Shown: piece after piece, positions 60,992 to 64,000 of the stretch | Layout: every line of letters begins with the position of its first letter | Numbering within the stretch: position 1 is the first letter of the stretch | Assembly (NCBI GenBank): GCA_043228905.1 | Contig: JBHGNT010000018.1 | Coordinates: 16,678,001-16,742,000 of the forward strand | Reading direction: 5' to 3' | Origin: Azolla caroliniana | Lineage: Eukaryota; Plantae; Polypodiophyta | Length of the DNA stretch: 64,000 nt | Position numbers and translations under genes: made by a program | The notes under the pieces: generated by a model | Told to the model about the DNA's origin: nothing | What the model saw: the letters and a program-made list of their open reading frames with translations, nothing else | Databases searched by the model: none

Positions 60992-63900
60992 TCTTCATAC
61001 ATATTTTCACCTATAAACCCTAAACTCCTCCTTTCAATACTTCTCATATTCCTTCACCGGCATACCGTCATACATATGTTCATATTTACCCCCCCCTGAT
61101 ACGTACGTACTCTAGTACCCTCGATATGTTGTGCTACGAATCTCATCTATGTAGATAATGTCGCTAATTTGCTTTGCTAGCACATGAGGACCCCCCCATT
61201 ACTATGCCTGCTCCAGAGAAGCTCGATCAGTCAGAGCACCACACACACACACACACATGGTCTCCCTTTCACATTATTATATCGCTTCGGCCCCTGCATT
61301 TGTTTGTCGTGTATTCGAGGAGGGTAAAGAGCAATTATTACTCGGGTTAGGGTATAAAGACACCGGTCATCACGACAATGATCGTAAGCTTCTCGCCCAG
61401 CATGTGGCTTGTGTAACAGGCTTAAAAATTTGCATGCATGCAAGTATCTTATGTCTTCCGAAAAGACATTGCCCATGCTTGTCTTTGACAGCGAGAGTTC
61501 ATTGCAATGTTTGAGTTTAGGGTTTTTATTTTGGGAGCCCACCATACCATGAGGACCGAATCTTTCTTAAATACACGAGAAGACTATACTAGAAAAAAAA
61601 ACAATTGAAGTCAATTGAGTCATTTTAGCAAAGTGAGATGTAAATGGCCTCAATCCATACAAGAATTAGGAGTATGAATCAGAGGATCTAGAGGAAGCTC
61701 ATCTCACAAAATGTATTTCTAGTGTCAATGCATTGTTGTCGCCTTTTCATATTCTATAATTTTGACCCTCATATTGCTTTAAAAAACTATATTAAGGTCT
61801 ATCAGAACATAAATTACCTTGAAGATGGAACCATTGTTTGTCACAACTTTCACCTTCTAACCGACTAGCTTATGAAGTTTTACAGAGTCAACATGTGTCA
61901 ATTTATGGGGCAACTGGTCATAGATATATGGGCTGGTATTTCGTTAGGCAAAAACATTGCATATTTTCGTAAATGGCAAGTGGGTCACCTACACTAGTGT
62001 AGAATGTATTTAGAAGAACACTAACATATGCTTGACTTGACCTATGCATAGTTACAAAGAGAAAAAAATTTAGTTGAAACGAATCTAAATAAGAAAGATA
62101 TCACTTTATGATGCTTATAAATCCCATGTAAGAAACATTGAGTTGGTATATGTGTGCACAAAATACATCTTTCCATTTTGCATAGGACTTCTGTGTATCA
62201 TATTACAAACATGAACTGAAAAGTGTTGTTATCATCACTCATAACCGACCCATAATGATAAAAATGTCAACAACATTGATGATGTCTTCATTGAGCAAAG
62301 TGTTTTATTATTATTATGGTGTACGTGAGCACCGAACAAGAACCTTTACTAAACAAACCAATGAACCATGTAAAATTCTTCAATAAAGTTTCGGAATTCG
62401 AGTTATTGCAGGTGTCACGTAAACGAATGAGAAAATGCAAGCAATGCTCAAATTAACTTTTCCATGAACCACGTTATTGCATCGGCAAAATAATGTAACT
62501 TTATTAAAGTGACGGGATTGCTTATTTGTAAATGGGATCATTTTAAAAGGATTATTGTTCATATCAAAGGTATACATAGTAGGTGTATATATTATATAGG
62601 GAAATTTGCTAAAATACGTGTATATGTGCTAGACAAAATATGCTACCCTAGTCAACATTGCGGCTCCTACATGACACAAATTTAATATTCAATATATAAT
62701 TGAGAAAACTCATAAGTTACACCCTGAACACTTAATTCATTTTACATGCACATAGTTAATGAGTTGAGCTACTAGTGACATCAATTAGGAATGCTTAGTT
62801 TCTAATCAACTATCACATAGCAGTTAACTTTCAAATAACAATGGTTGCTTAACTTGTTTCTTAGTTAATTGTAAATCAAACATCATACTTCACAATTCTA
62901 TTTTTTTACGGTATAATACATTCATGAAGTTTACTTTTGATGCATTCAGGAGCCCCATTATGACCACCAAAGCATGCATATGTATAGGTAGTTTTTAAGC
63001 TAAGCAAGCATACCTTTTAATTTTCCGATACATATAAGCACATTCTATTAGTTGTTTGTATTTCTTACACAAGATTATACCCAGAAGGTAACTATTTTTA
63101 TGATATTCATTAAGATCCGAAGAAAGAACTAAATAAAGCTGACTAGGGTTATAACTATGGTTTTGGACATTCATGCTCTAACTATAAGACACATGTTGAA
63201 TGCTTGAAAAGCATAGCATTTATTTCACATCAATTCCACACATATGCTTAGAAACTCGATGGCTTAAAATTTCAAGGGATATCAAGGAGACATGTGTGAG
63301 GTAAAAGTGATTGATTTGAAATTTGGACATATTTAATCATGAGAGGAGGACATTGAAAATAATGAGCAAGAGAAAGAGCAAAACAAAGTGTTCGACACAG
63401 ATAGGTGCTTGTTGGAAGTCTTACTAACGTAGAAGATGCTAATAATGATAAAATACTGGGTGTTGGAAGTCTTTCTAGAATATAAGATTCAGATCATGAT
63501 ACAATATCGGCGTTGGAAGCCTAACAAACATAGACAATAGTGGTATGCCTAGAAATAAGATAAAAGAAACTCAAGAACGATACAATACAAAGAATCCTCT
63601 GTCGTATCACATGCATTTTCCAAGCCACATACTTTCTCTACTTGCATGGCTACTTTGTTTATGTGTAATGCACACTAAAATATTGTGGTTGTAGCTCATA
63701 TAATTCACATTTGTCTACTACTGCATGCATACATAAACATAGAAAAGATAAAGATCGTTACCATGTCTTGCCATGACGCTACCATAAAGCTTCGAGAAAG
63801 AAGTATAATGGTTCACATGTGCTGAGGATAACTAAAAAATTATTTTCCTTGACTTTTATGGGACTAGTTTAATAATTGCAATCCATTTTGGATCACCGAC

Positions 63901-64000
63901 ATCTCTATGCAAGCTTTAGATGGAGGTTGTCGCGAAACATTCAAAGTGCCTCACAGTAGAAAAATTTTGTGTGGGTGCACACTGCATACCTCCACTGAAT

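Noticed and set aside
61000-64000. AT-rich tail with a few short ORFs
   Set aside because: No supportable gene, repeat boundary or motif

Overview
Eukaryotic, TE-dense land-plant genomic DNA. The TE lineages suggest a non-seed plant such as a fern (inference). Bases 1-53.7 kb are a stack of nested, mostly decayed LTR retrotransposons (several Ty3/Gypsy lineages, one Ty1/Copia) plus a LINE RT fragment. Bases 54-60 kb hold two ordinary host genes: an actin-depolymerizing factor (+) and a DUF1068 membrane/coiled-coil gene (-). The standout is a 12,182-bp, apparently intact DNA transposon at 21362-33543, inserted in the 3' LTR of a Gypsy element. It has 26-bp GGG...CCC TIRs and a 4-bp ATAT target duplication confirmed by the empty 5' LTR. 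It carries two convergent, spliced, stop-free genes: a Sola2-type DDD transposase (-, about 813 aa) and an unknown protein (+, about 922 aa) with a coiled coil, a canonical RING-H2 finger and an acidic 17-aa repeat. Each gene has a ~1.39-kb intron filled with tandem repeats rich in AGTAC(T), a motif that also occurs next to both TIRs. Splice models and family assignments come from manual reading of motifs and frame phases; no database search was possible.
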